DNA of 63,756 nt, the filler included, from Rhabdomonas costata (Eukaryota), in the NCBI GenBank assembly GCA_019059605.1. It is 44 parts of 44 records of this genome, joined end to end, with 100 filler letters (N's around TTAATTAATTAA, not from the genome) between each part and the next. Parts side by side here need not be neighbours in the genome. Positions count along the whole stretch, not along the records: positions 1 to 1,352 come from JAHMHO010018492.1; positions 1,453 to 2,804 come from JAHMHO010018493.1; positions 2,905 to 4,256 come from JAHMHO010018494.1; positions 4,357 to 5,708 come from JAHMHO010018495.1; positions 5,809 to 7,170 come from JAHMHO010018496.1; positions 7,271 to 8,622 come from JAHMHO010018497.1; positions 8,723 to 10,074 come from JAHMHO010018498.1; positions 10,175 to 11,526 come from JAHMHO010018499.1; 36 more parts are not named here. One strand, given 5' to 3'. The notes under the pieces were generated by a model that was given only the letters and a program-made list of their open reading frames with translations, was not told where the DNA came from and made no database searches. Positions 1 through 12,356 of the stretch are shown here, piece by piece (within the stretch, counting starts at the first letter, position 1; each line of letters opens with the position of its first letter). The position numbers and the translations under genes were made by a program.

Positions 1-577
1 TACGGGGCAGCGCAGGCTTTGGTCTGTCCTATTTTTATTCTGCAGTTTGTCCGGTGGGTTTATATGGGACGTTGTCGGCTTCTGCTGAGATGTTTCTGCC
101 GCCCTCCCCCCGCCTCCATCGACCGAGTTAGTTGCAGGGAGGGGAGGGATGGGGGGTACGCTTTCGGGTTCGTAGTTAAGTCACTGCACACCTTTGAGGA
201 TGGGAGCGTTGAACACGGCCTGTGAGTTTCCGCTGGGCAATGCCTCACCCGCCCAGCCGCGATAGCAGTGCTCCTCCCACCACCACAGGCGGTCTGTCAG
301 CCTGAGGAGGGGCAGTGAGGCGGTATGGAATAGCCAACAGGGAGACGCGCAGCGAAGCGTTGTGGAGCTGCAATTGTGCATGGGCAGTGCCAGGGGGCCC
401 ATTGTGAGAGCACCTCCGCAAACACACATACATACACGCCTCCCGAGCTTTTTAGACGCTACCGACTGCTAAGGTTAGCCTCCCCTCGCCTTTGAAGGGA
501 GCCACATGCCTTTTTTTCGCCGACACCTGCTGCTGGGCCATTCCCTATTCCCTCTCTCGCCCATGCTGTGCTCGCAG

Positions 578-799
578 AACAAAGCTGGGCGGGTGCCCCT
601 GGAGGTGGCTGTCATGGAAGCCAAGAACGACGACGTAGCTGTGGTGTTGGTGGGACCCACTTTTTCCGAGAAGGCGATGGAGATCAACAATTTAGTCGCC
701 TTGGAGACGGGCTCCACCCTTGTCCACCTCACCGCGGTGCACAAGATGCCGAAAACTACGGAAGCGCTTGTGAAAGCGGGCGCCGCTCTCAGCCTCAAG
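578..799 (+). CDS. Internal exon of an ankyrin-repeat protein; a related exon starts at 1300
   Basis: CAG|...|GT phase-0 exon: NKAGRVPLEVAV...TGSTLVHLTAVHKMPKTTEALVKAGAALSLK (ankyrin G-x-T/V-P-L-H/E and LxxAGA motifs). Confidence 0.65.
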
Positions 800-1352
800 G
801 TGATCACCACCCCTCTCGACCCCCCCCCCCTTTATTGAGTGAAGTTCTAATTGCGCACTTGGTCGCCCGCAGCATTTGTTTTCAGACCTGCAGCCTTTTG
901 TCATTCTCCAGGTGTGTGTGTATGTGTGTGTGGAGGGTGGGTGCGATAGGAAAGGGCTGCAGCTCAGCAGAAACATTGGGGGAGAGGCCCAGATCGAGCA
1001 CTGAAGCAAAGCCGCTTCACCGTAAATAGCTGCGGTGGCGAAGGCGTTTGCTCTGAGGAACCGCCACAGCCTTAAGGGGCACACTGAAACAAATCTAACG
1101 GGCCCATGAAGGGAAACCGTAAAGGCCTGTGGCCGGGTATCGCCAAAAGCCTAAACGCCCCGCTGGGGGAGCACATGTGCCCCCATTTGCCTGAAAACGG
1201 AAGTCACGTGTTTGCAGTCCCCCCCACCGCAGCCCGTGCACACTTTTTAATGTAACATGTCCACCGCTGTGCACACCGTGCCCATGCCCGTTGCCGCAGA
1301 ATAAAGCTGGGCGGGTGCCCCTGGAGGTGGCCATCATGGAAAACAAAAACAA

Positions 1353-1452
1353 NNNNNNNNNNNNNNNNNNNNNNNNNNNNNNNNNNNNNNNNNNNNTTAA
1401 TTAATTAANNNNNNNNNNNNNNNNNNNNNNNNNNNNNNNNNNNNNNNNNNNN
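1353..1452. other. Artificial contig spacer (N-run/TTAATTAATTAA/N-run); first of 43, recurring about every 1.45 kb
   Basis: Identical 12-mer with stops in all six frames, flanked by Ns at regular intervals; sequence on either side is unrelated. Confidence 0.98.
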
Positions 1453-1684
1453 TTTGTGGGGGGGGTGCGTCCGGTTGAAGAGTGGTTTTGACCTCCTCCC
1501 CTTCCTTCATCGCTATAACCGAAAGAACGTAATGTGCTTGCTATGAGTATCACACAGAAGGCGCAGGGTGGTGGGGATTGCAATGTGTCTGTGTATTGTG
1601 TCTGTGTTGGCGATGATAAGGAGTGGGGCTCAATTTTTAGGTGTGTCCGTGTGTTTTTTTGTGTGTCTGGTGGAATAAAAATAG

Positions 1685-1789
1685 GTGTACAAGGGGCAGT
1701 GGAAGGATGACCAGCGGCATGGTTTTGGAGTGCTGAGCTCCGCGGACGGCACCGTGCTTTACTCCGGGCAGTGGTGCAACGATGAGCAG
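1685..1789 (+). CDS. MORN-repeat protein exon
   Basis: After TAG acceptor: VYKGQWKDDQRHGFGVLSSADGTVLYSGQWCNDEQ, matching the MORN consensus YxGxWxxxxxHGxG; not in the ORF track. Confidence 0.8.
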
Positions 1790-4700
1790 GCGTGTCCCTA
1801 ACACCGCCACACTACCTAACGCACAACGGGCACACGCAGACACACACTTGCACAAGCCGCTTGCAAGGAAGGCAAAAGGCTTTGCATCAGCCTGCGTGAA
1901 TGTATTCAACGGGCATGCTCACGTGCAACGCAATGCAAACTCGTAGTGCACACACGTTAGTGCATATGTTCAAGGCCTTTCTCCGTCAGGAAAATCGTCC
2001 CTTTCCATTGAAACCCTTCAGTAAAACTCTAGTACTGCGAAGGGAGGAATGCAAAAATGACTGCTGCCAAACATATGCATTTTGTGATGGTGACCCCGAG
2101 AGTCGCTCCCATTTGTGCTGAACTCCTTCCTCCCTGCACAGGAGACTCGTTGCATGGCGTTACGTCGTGTTGTACAGCCGAGGACCGCCTTTCCAAACCC
2201 AGAAAGCTCAACTGCGGGCCGATGCCCTCCCTTCCCACGGAAGCTATGCGGCGAGCATCCATTTCCCAATTAGAATTTAGAATCTGCAACCTTGTTTCTC
2301 TGAGTTCCGAATCAAACAACTGATAAGTAATTCCGAATTTTTGTCGATCCCTGGTGCCGCAGTGTTCACAACCGGAAAATCACTTGAACTTTTCGTGTTT
2401 CGTTTGCATTTTTCCACGTGCTTCTTCTCTGCCTTCCCCACTGGCGCGACAGGTTCCTGGGTCACTGCTCCCCCTCTCTGCTACCGCGCTGCTTGTCGAA
2501 TCCATTCGCCCCTCCAGCGCGCAGGTTTTCATCCTCACTCGCCTATTCCACCCCACTCTTGCACTCCCATGAGAATGAGGGGAGTGGTGGAAACTGCCCC
2601 CGCTCTCCGCTCTGTTCAGATTCTTTGGAGGTTTCCAAGGTGCCCAGCGGAAGCGCTGGATGGAAGTCATCGAAGCCATCCTTTGTCGGCCACATCACTC
2701 CTCACACCTTTCTCACTCATCTTTCTCTGTCTGCCTCAGTCTGACTCGGGTCACTCCCAGTCCACGGGCACCTCCGGCAGCGACGACGACGACGACCCCA
2801 AACCNNNNNNNNNNNNNNNNNNNNNNNNNNNNNNNNNNNNNNNNNNNNTTAATTAATTAANNNNNNNNNNNNNNNNNNNNNNNNNNNNNNNNNNNNNNNN
2901 NNNNGGTTTTGGGGTGATTTCGTGATTGTATTGATCTTTTGAAGCGAATTGTCAATCTGTACCCGGCTGTTTGTTGAGAAGTTAGGTAAAGATAGGGTTT
3001 AAACACAGCCATGTGGTATGGTGCAGTTCTGAGTTTACGGTGTAACGTACTTTATATGATTTGACACCCTGTATTATGCGGAGCAGGATACTAGCTGCCT
3101 GCCAGCCCAAATGAGAAGTCCGGGGGGAGCGTGTCTTTGACATCGTTCTGTTTCAGGTTGTGCTTTTCTTTTTTCGTTTTTTTTTTTGGACTTGCTGTGT
3201 GTCTGCATACGAGCCCGTCTCCCCGTTGTGCGCGTTTGAGGTCGGCACCCTCCCGCTCGCTCCACTGGGAAAGGTCTGCTCTCCCTTGAGCGGGAACCAC
3301 ATAGAGAGATAGGGCGGCAGAACGAGTGAGTGTGCGACCGATCGAGCCAGCCGCCGCGCGCACGTGAAAGCGGGAGCGGTCTCCGGGCGCGATGAGCAAG
3401 AGCCCAGACCCTGATGAGCAGAAGGAAGGGCGGAAGCCTGCCGAGACGGGTGGTGCGGATGCCGCGGGCAAGACGAAGGACATCTGGCAGCTGATCCAGG
3501 CCCAAACCCCGCCCAACGCACAAGTACACCTCCGACCAGCCCACCCCAACCCACCACCCAATACCTCCAGTTCTATTGGTATCCATGGAGCTCAAGGCCA
3601 GGTCGATTTCCCCGACTTCCCGTTGTGACGAGATGCCCAGGGGGTTGTCAAACCGAATGTCGATGTGAAGCGGAAAAACGTGAAACACAGTTGTGAGGAT
3701 TCCGCCGAGGTCCCTCGCAAACATGCTTGGTTTAGTCATGTGTCGTGACGCTGAGACCCAAATTCACACCAGGCAAAGGCCCCGCCTCCGTAGCAACATT
3801 CGCCGCGACGTTGACCTTAGCATTAATCCGCCATAACCAAGCAAACGAATCGTTTCAACTAGGGACAGTATTCTACGAGAGGCAAAGAAATAGCTTTCTT
3901 CTTCGACATAGGGACCCGTGTGTCTGTTTGTTAGCGATTGTTTATGTTTGTGCGATGAAAAGGCTGTAAAGAAACAAGACACGCGCACGTGAAGGAGCGA
4001 TGATGGAAAGAAAAGCTGCCCCTAACCTAAGACGCGCGCAGGCTGTGTGCTCGCACGGAGAGTCCTATAGCACTGCTGTCGGGTGCTGGCTCGAAAACAA
4101 TGTCAGCTTTCTGCCCATACGTGTACAACGTGGAACAACAATGTATCGTATGACGTTGTACGATTCACCATCCATCCATGGTGGGGCCGGAATGCTTACC
4201 AGACTTTTTGGCGAGGAAACCGGACGTGTGATGCATTCCTTCATTTATGATAACCANNNNNNNNNNNNNNNNNNNNNNNNNNNNNNNNNNNNNNNNNNNN
4301 TTAATTAATTAANNNNNNNNNNNNNNNNNNNNNNNNNNNNNNNNNNNNNNNNNNNNTGTGTTGTGTTCTTTGGACTCTGAACATTCTTTCCATCCAAAGG
4401 TTTTGCTCTTCCCCTTTTTGGCCGTTTCTGTTTTTGTGACTTTTCGGACGTTTTAGTTTCCGGCAACTCTAAATTTATACCCCAAAAAGAACCCTGCATC
4501 CTCAGGGTGCCAATGAAGAAGAGCGAATGAAGAAAAGGAAAAGACGTGATACTTCTCAGGTGGTTCCTCAATGTCCAGCACACGAAAGCAAGGACTCGAA
4601 CTTGGCACAAACCACAGAGATGCCGACTCTCCCTGAGCCTGAGCAACACGCCGTATTTCACAAAAATTCCTCCCAAGAAAGATAGGGCCAAATTAATCTT

Positions 4701-4809
4701 CCTCGAAACCTGAAAGAGCGTATCATCCCTCAGACCAACTTTGACCTCTCTTCTTCAGGATGACAGGTTTTTGAAGTGGATCAAAGTTGTCCTCCAAGTT
4801 CAAATAGTT

Positions 4810-5471
4810 TATTGTGACCAACAAAGGTCATAGATCAAGTTCTAAATGTCGGCTGAATGGGATGATAGACAAAAAATTGCAAAAAAAAAAAGGTTCAGGT
4901 GTGATCTGGTCAAAGTTAAGTTCAATTCAATGCGCAGTTCAATTCAACCCCCACACCTGGTCTTTCTTGAGAAAGAGCGGAAGATCTGCACATCGTCCGG
5001 CTTACCCACCCCGGGGTACCAGCAAACAAACATTATATTTTATTTGAAGTGAAAATTATGCCGTACTTGGGTTGCTTCTTTTTTGCTTTTTGGTTCGCTG
5101 CAACAGAACGCGCTTGCTAAGCCAACTCTTGTTCATTCTTACAAGGATCAAACTCTTTCCGTCAAGGGGTGAGCCCAGAAATATCGACAAGAAACAGATG
5201 GGCCATAGTCACTATTCATAATCGTATGCAGCGATTCTTGCAAAAAAAAAAGGGGGGGTTCCACACTTACCTCAATCCGAGTGGGTACGAACTGGTCATT
5301 GACCAGGAGGCGAACGCGGCCCAGATCCCAGGTATCTGCAAAGTGAACTCTGGCCTCCTGCAATGCAGCGACATCAGAGTTCTTGCAGGCAGCTTTGAGT
5401 TGAGGGTACCCGGCATAGTTCTTGACCCAGTAGGGCCACTGAGAAGCCTTCCAAATGGTCACGAACGGCAT
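4810..5471 (-). pseudogene. Possible degenerate APE-type endonuclease of a non-LTR retrotransposon
   Basis: VTIWKAS...KNSDVAALQEAR resembles the APE TWNV...DIxxLQE motifs; downstream frames are broken by stops. Confidence 0.3.
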
Positions 5472-5906
5472 TTGCGTCGGCTGAGTGCACCTTTCCCACG
5501 AGGATCATTCGACTACTTGCAGCAGCGCGGTTTCACAGGCTGCCGCATCATTGAGGTTTTCAGGAACACAGAAGGAACAAAGTGACAAACAGGTACTAGC
5601 GAGTTCGCAGAGGAAAAAAGAAACGGAAAGTGGATTCGACAAAAGTCTGGCACAACCACAACGGAAACGGAGGAACAGCAGTTTTACACCCAGGCTTCAC
5701 AAAAAACCNNNNNNNNNNNNNNNNNNNNNNNNNNNNNNNNNNNNNNNNNNNNTTAATTAATTAANNNNNNNNNNNNNNNNNNNNNNNNNNNNNNNNNNNN
5801 NNNNNNNNTCTCATTTTGGGAAACACTGTGCTGCTGAATGCGGGTGGCAAAAGGGCACATTCAAAAATCAAAATAGCATTTTGACACCACTTCGGGCATC
5901 ACCCAG

Positions 5907-6542
5907 CTGAAGCTGCTCTACCAAGTCCCCACCTCTGACAAGTTGGCCGCCCACCAAGTCGCGGTGTACACCACCGTCTACACCATCAGTGCCTTTCTGC
6001 GGGGCATTGTGTCGGCGGGTGGGCCGAAGCAGAGGCTGTTCGCGCTGTTCCGCACCCCGGCCGGGACCCTGCTAGGGGCCTCGCACGGGAAGTTCTTCTC
6101 CCACAGCGACGTGGACTACACCACCACCAACGTCATCGCGAACCCCCCGCCCGTGGCGGAGTTCCGGCGGTTCACCGCGGTGAACTCCACGGACGCCACG
6201 ATCCGAGAGGCGGGGCGGTGGCTGGTGGGGGCGTTCTTCTCGTGGGACGCGATCCCTGACGTAGTGGCTGTGCAGGCGCTGAACGGGGAGGACTACTGGG
6301 TGAACACCGCGGCGATCAACACAAAGGTAGGCGTGTATGTGTTTGTGGGGATGGTCCAAGGAGCGCCCGGGGCAGAGCCTTCCTCATGAATGTGGGAATC
6401 GTGGTGCCATGTGAGTTTTTTTCGTGATGGTGCATGATTTCTATGTCATGGACATAAAGGGGGTGTGGGCGCGGTACTGTCAGCTTTCTGCTTCATGGGC
6501 ATTTCTCACGAGGGAGGTTTTCTTTCTGGGTTCCGGGAGTGT

Positions 6543-6582
<40 letters not shown>

Positions 6583-7110
6583 CTGTGCAGATGAAGCTGC
6601 GGCTTTTGCTGGTGTTGGTGGTGGACCGAGGGCCCACGATGGGCCCCATTGAGGCCAGCTCGGCGAGCACCCTGGACGGGATCAACCGCACCAACGCCCG
6701 GATGACGATTCTGCTGGCCGTGGTGGTGGCGCTGGCGCTGGGCTTTGCGCTGGTGTTCAGCTGGATGCTCACCGTTTCACTGTCCCGGTTGGCGTTTGGG
6801 ATGGACAACCTGGTATGTCTGTTGGGGTTGGGGTGGAGGTGGGTTAGTGGCTTCCCGTCAGGGTACGTAGTTGTCTTTTAGCGCTTGTATGTTTCTTGTG
6901 TCGTTGTCGCAGGAGCTTGGCATTTGGTTTGGGTTTTTCCTGCGGCGAGAGTGTGACCGGTTTTCTTTGTGGGTCATGGGTTGTGGGTTGCCTCTCGCAG
7001 TCACTGCTGAAATTTGAAGAGGAGGAAGGTCCTCGTGGGACTCTTCTGGTGTCTCGCTCGCGGCTCGCCGAGGTCTCCGTGTGCGAGCAGTCCTTCCTTA
7101 CTCTTGAAAG
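5907..7110 (+). CDS. Three exons (5907-6326, 6591-6812, 7001-~7110) of a membrane sensor protein: Cache-like extracellular region, TM helix, HAMP-like segment
   Basis: GT-AG phase-0 joins; YWVNTAAI..LRLLLVLVVDR (Cache C-terminal strands), TM ILLAVVVALALGFALVFSWML, then TVSLSRLAFGMDNLSLLKF...SRLAEV (HAMP-like). Confidence 0.65.
6547..6580. repeat. (GT)n microsatellite in an intron
   Basis: Perfect GT run just upstream of the 6590 acceptor; a similar run lies at 22640-22662. Confidence 0.95.
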
Positions 7111-8824
7111 GTTTTCCCACCGCTGCGCTTCCTCTCTCACCACCCCCACCCCGACCCCGTCCACCACAACNNNNNNNNNNNNNNNNNNNNNNNNNNNNNN
7201 NNNNNNNNNNNNNNTTAATTAATTAANNNNNNNNNNNNNNNNNNNNNNNNNNNNNNNNNNNNNNNNNNNNGTTGGTGTTGGTTCTGGATGCGTTCGCTCC
7301 AAAGCGGCAGCAGCTCGCACCGCGGCGAGGTCATCGTGGACAGCCCTCCCGCTCCCCCGAGGTCCATGCTCTCGCCTAGGAGCTCGTCCCCCTCGGTGGG
7401 CGTCGCCGTGGCGGTCGATGAGGCGGATCCGCAGCCGTCGTCGTCCATCTCCTCCTCCTCAGCCGCCGCACCGCCCCCATCTTGGTCACCGCCCTCCGCA
7501 CTGCACATTATAACACAGCAGTCACAACACAGCAGTCCCTCCGCAAGCAACGATTTCAAGTTCACCTAGGGCTCACCTTTGGAAGTCCGGCGCAGGTGTG
7601 AGTATTATGGTCAAAGAAAGAGGCAAATGCATGCCAATATACAAGGGAGGAGGCCATCTTATATAAGGGGCGTATAGCAAAGCGGCACTAAACACAAAGG
7701 TGCCACTGCGGCAGAACACAGTGGACACAAAGACGAGCAAGGGTGGGCATTACAACAAGAAACGTATAATTCACGCGCAGAGAATATAAAGTACTGGGGA
7801 CAAACAACCGACTGAGACGGAACAACACGTACACGCACTGCAGAACATACATGGTCAGAACTACTCTCACCAGTCCCGTTCTTCAGCAACACAACGGTAA
7901 CCTGCCACCCAAGACCCAAGGCTGAAATACACTTTGGTTCTCTTTTCGCACATAAATATGCCCTTAGAACATTTCCGGGGGTGTACAGGGCACCCCATGC
8001 AACTCTCTGCGGTTACAAACTACTGCATTTCATTCGACCACATAGAAGTGAGAAGCCGGAGCAGTCGCCCTGAAGTTGCTGGACCCTGGGGCACGTAACA
8101 CTATGAGTAAACGACGCAACTACGGGTCGCACTGCTACACAGAAACGGCAAGCATCGCTATGACGGCTACATTCGCTCGTGGCGTGACGAGGGCGAAGGG
8201 GGCGGCGGTGATGACTCCGGGTGCGTGGAGCGTAGCACGGTGGCTACTGCCTGGCTGGCTTTAGGTGACCGTCCTCGACTGACGGGTTAAGCGCTGCAGG
8301 CAGCGGCTGGATGTGGGAGATACCCACTTATTGAGGGCGGATGGACACAAAAAACCAATGCGTAAAGTCACCAACCGCTTGTCTAGAGTCTCTTGGGAGG
8401 AGAACGGGGAGTGCATCGAGAAGTTGTGCAGGGCGGCATCCGCCACGGCGCCGTCCACCCCATCCATGCTGCACTCCGCCGTACCGCACCCACACTTCGC
8501 TCACAAAAAAAGAGGGGCAACAACCAGAAACGGCAAAAGAGAAAGCAGAAGAGTCGTCTTCGCACTTGGAATTGCACTGAGAAAGAAAGCCGGAGGAAGG
8601 CAACCCCCAATTCTTCCCATACNNNNNNNNNNNNNNNNNNNNNNNNNNNNNNNNNNNNNNNNNNNNTTAATTAATTAANNNNNNNNNNNNNNNNNNNNNN
8701 NNNNNNNNNNNNNNNNNNNNNNGGGGGAGGTGGGGATGGGTTTTGTTCTTTGTGCACCTGCTGCGTCGCCGTCAGACGTCGCTTACTTTCAGTTTTGACG
8801 GTGATATATATTTTTTGTGCTTCA

Positions 8825-8948
8825 GTGAGAGATATTTTACGGGATGTGGGGATTGTGGCAGACGCACTAGCTGGCGTTGGTGCGCTGGGTAAACTGTTCG
8901 GGGATAAACCTAGTGAACAACCCGTGGTGATGGTCATTGGGGATCATA
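8825..8948 (+). CDS. Short exon possibly leading into the P-loop of an EHD/dynamin-like GTPase
   Basis: RDILRDVGIV...QPVVMVIGDH(S) followed by GTTTGT donor; resembles the VxxxGxHSxGKS approach to G1. Weak. Confidence 0.3.
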
Positions 8949-9222
8949 GTTTGTTCATGTTTTTGTGTGTTTGGGAGGAGTCAGCGGATAAGATTTCTGA
9001 GGTTTCTGTGCCGTTCGTTTTCGTGGGTGAGTGAATTGGTGTGGTGTGAATTTTGGAGCCCTCATAACCATCGTGTATTTTGCACACGTGTTCCTGCACG
9101 GATGAGAGCAGGCGTGCGCCCATTGGACTCCATTGGACTCCCGCTTTTTCATGTTTCTCTTCTGGAGGGGAGGCTTGCTACCCTCAGTCGGACGATCCCC
9201 CCCCCACACACACACGTACACG

Positions 9223-9345
9223 GAGCCGGCCCCACGCCACTGTTCACTCCGAAAGTTCCTCTCGCGAGCACCCGTGGCCAACAGTGCGTCCGCCCGTGAG
9301 TTCACAGCGGTCACCAGCATCAGTCAGACAACAGCCCAGCGCGCT
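9223..9345 (+). repeat. Dispersed repeat family A, copy 1
   Basis: Core CCTCTCGCGAGCACCCGTGGCCAACAG shared with ~35288-35314 and ~49191-49218. Confidence 0.85.
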
Positions 9346-10233
9346 ATGTGCCCAACCCAAACACATACAAACACGTTACCAACCCCCAACACATCGTTCA
9401 ACCTGCGTGGCTGTACCTCCGATGTCAGTGTGCTTTCATATGCTTGCTGCAGTGTGTGTCGCTTCTCCGCTTCATATCTTTCTTCACATTCAAACCCCTG
9501 TGTGCCATCTCCGTGACCTTCCCCGTCTTCGTCCGTCTTGGGAGCCTTTGCTTGGCGTGCGCATCCCCTCGTAGTGTTGCTTTGTAGCTTGCTCAGACTC
9601 ATGGTATCATGCTCAGCAGGCCAATGCCTCCTGAGAATGATGCGGGACAGGTGCCCCGAATTCGGATACTTTCCCTGCAAATGAGGCATCTTCCCCTGTG
9701 CGCTTGTCATGCGTTTGTTGCTTTGGCCCTGTAGACGCTTTGTCGGTGGAATGGTCTTTGCAATGTATCTGAGCATTCCCTTCCCCGCACGCCTCACCTC
9801 ACGCCATGCCACCAATGGAATCGGAGGTTCATATGTTGTGCACCAGACCAGACCCGTGGTTTGCGATCCACCCACCCCCTCTGCCCCTCACCGCGTCTTT
9901 CGCAGCTTCGTTGAATAGTGTGTTTGTAGTAATATGGTGTGGTGTGTGCCGTCTCCAGAACCTGCATCCGCTTGTGGACCTTCTGCTATGCTTCGTTACT
10001 GAATACCAGAACGGCATTGTGTCCGGCAATCGTGCATCTTTGTGCTTAGTGTGGCGCAAATATCCCCCACCACCNNNNNNNNNNNNNNNNNNNNNNNNNN
10101 NNNNNNNNNNNNNNNNNNTTAATTAATTAANNNNNNNNNNNNNNNNNNNNNNNNNNNNNNNNNNNNNNNNNNNNTTGTTTTGTGTGAGGGACTGTCTATT
10201 CAGCACCCGCCATAAGGCACATCCCAAACACAC

Positions 10234-11142
10234 CGTGACGATGGTGTTGCCGATGGGGGTGTTGAACCTGGGGCTGAGCCTGGCGAACAGCGGGGGCAGC
10301 AGGCCGTCCCTGGCGATGATAAAGAAGATCCGGGTCTGCCCCAGCAGCGTGGTAAGCACCACAGACGACAGCCCAGACAGCGCCCCTGAAAGAAACATTT
10401 CCTCCGGAAACGTCCGTTTCCTTTCCACCACACAAGTAGTGTAGTGCCGAAGCATCAGGCATCACTGCTGTTCACCGGCGTGACCTCATTTCCGGTTCGC
10501 AATCGTGGTTAGGTAGGGAGAGTGGGTGGTCACAAAAATATATTTGACTGCTGGAAATAGTGTGAAGTTAGAAAGTGAATTGTGTTAGTGCGTTCGGAAA
10601 CAGCTGAAGCCTACAGATACCCGCCCTTAGGTTTTGCAGTGGTTGCGGACCGAGGGTGGACAGGCCCCGAAAACCGCAAAAAGGGAACTTCTTCAGTGTC
10701 TCCAAGCCCCTACCCATCCTTCCTCCCTCTCTCTCTTCTGAATGGGGTTGACAGAGGACAACTGGGATGCGCGTCGGACAGATAGATATGAGGCTCGGCT
10801 CCGAACGCACTGAACTGCAGCGACACGCAAAAGACAGCGTGAGTTGAACTACGACCATTCTCTGGGGAAATTGTTGAACCTGAAGGGGACGTTCCAACTG
10901 CAGTGCAAAAAGCGTTGATGCGACAGTGGTGGGGCGAGCGTCCTGTGGAGGGAAGAGCCTATACTTTGTTGCGGGGGCGCCTGCAATGGAGGGCACGGAC
11001 ACGCATCGCACATCGTGCACACCGACTTGCACGAAGATTCTCAGCCACTTCAGCTCTGGGATGTCCTTCAGGGCCTGCGGAATGGGGTCGGCGACGTTCA
11101 GCGTGGTGTAGTTGGCCAGCCCGCACAGCACAATCGACACAG
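10234..11142 (-). CDS. APC-family (cationic) amino-acid permease, two exons (11142-11023, 10385-10234)
   Basis: SIVLCGLANYTTLNVADPIPQAL..LKWLRIFVQVG|ALSGLSSVVLTTLLGQTRIFFIIARDGLLPPLFARLSPRFNTP; hallmark GQxRIF..ARDGLLP motif; GT-AG phase-1 join. Confidence 0.9.
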
Positions 11143-12116
11143 CTGAAGAATGCAGGGGCGTGGGAGAAAAGAGGGGGGCCGAGATGAGAACCGGTTTGGC
11201 CACACTGTGGAGCAGCTGCTCCAACTCTTCACTGGGCACTTCAAAAACAGCATCCAATCCAGAAAATCAGCAAAACAAAAAGAGGAGAAAGATACATCTC
11301 TGGAAAGGAAGCAAACACCATCACCAAAATGCCGACACACAGATACAAAGGGCATTGAGAGGAACAATGGGAGGAAGATGACTTATGCACCGTAACCCAT
11401 GGGCAGAGTGGTGAGACCATGTTAACATCTACCACAGCTACAGAGGGAGTGCGCAGATCGTGCGCACCATAAGTATCACCCACCCACCCTTGCTTTCTCG
11501 CCACACAAATTCACACCAACGGATAANNNNNNNNNNNNNNNNNNNNNNNNNNNNNNNNNNNNNNNNNNNNTTAATTAATTAANNNNNNNNNNNNNNNNNN
11601 NNNNNNNNNNNNNNNNNNNNNNNNNNTGAGAGCATACAATGGTAATGCTGTTGATGCACCAGATCCCCTTTGTGTGCATGACGTTCTTCTTGGCGTTCAT
11701 GAACTTCGGTTTCCACGGGTTCTGGGAGGTCGACAGTGACACGGGCAAGGGGATCTGGTGCATCAACAGCATTACCATTGTATGCTCTCACCAACGCCCA
11801 CAGCAATTATATCTTTCATCATAATTTCATTACTTATGAAAAAATTCCGCAAGCCATGGCCACAGCGTTTTGTTGTCGGGTTTCTCGAGGCCGGGTCTCC
11901 TCCTGCTATTCACTTTTGCGCATCTCTATTCACATTATTAGCAGCGTAATGTATTTGTGCCGCTTGGAAGTGGGGCTTCTTTTGCTCTGTAACCCAATAA
12001 CACCTCGAATCGTTCAGCTTTGTGGGTAGTCCTCTTTGTTACATCTGGACTTGTATTGTTCTTAGCTGTTGATTTTTCTATTTATCCTTTTTCGTCTTGA
12101 CGCGCGCTTTCCATAC

Positions 12117-12356
12117 AATGGTAATGCTGTTGATGCACCAGATCCCCTTGCCCGTGTCACTGTCGACCTCCCAGAACCCGTGGAAACCGAAGTTCATGAA
12201 CGCCAAGAAGAACGTCATGCACACAAAGGGCTGGATGTAGAACCAGAACAGGAAGGGCAGGCTGCGGGTCAGGAACAACAAGCCCAGCGGGACGGCGATC
12301 CAAAACACAAAACAGCCACGGACGAGCTGCTGGCGCTGGACGGGGAAGTTGTATTC
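12117..12356 (-). CDS. Exon of a membrane protein, probably fatty-acid-desaturase-like
   Basis: Hydrophobic exon ...FWFYIQPFVCMTFFLAFMNFGFHGFWEVDSDTGKGIWCINSITI bounded by CAG/GTATG; a partial inverted copy sits at 11666-11784. Confidence 0.45.

Noticed and set aside
1397-1408. Regularly spaced TTAATTAATTAA as a CRISPR-like or tandem repeat array
   Set aside because: It is embedded in N-runs and is a synthetic six-frame-stop contig linker.
1790-1801. GC-AG intron donor after the MORN exon
   Set aside because: The frame can equally read on to a stop (ACP-TAA); this cannot be resolved without a transcript.
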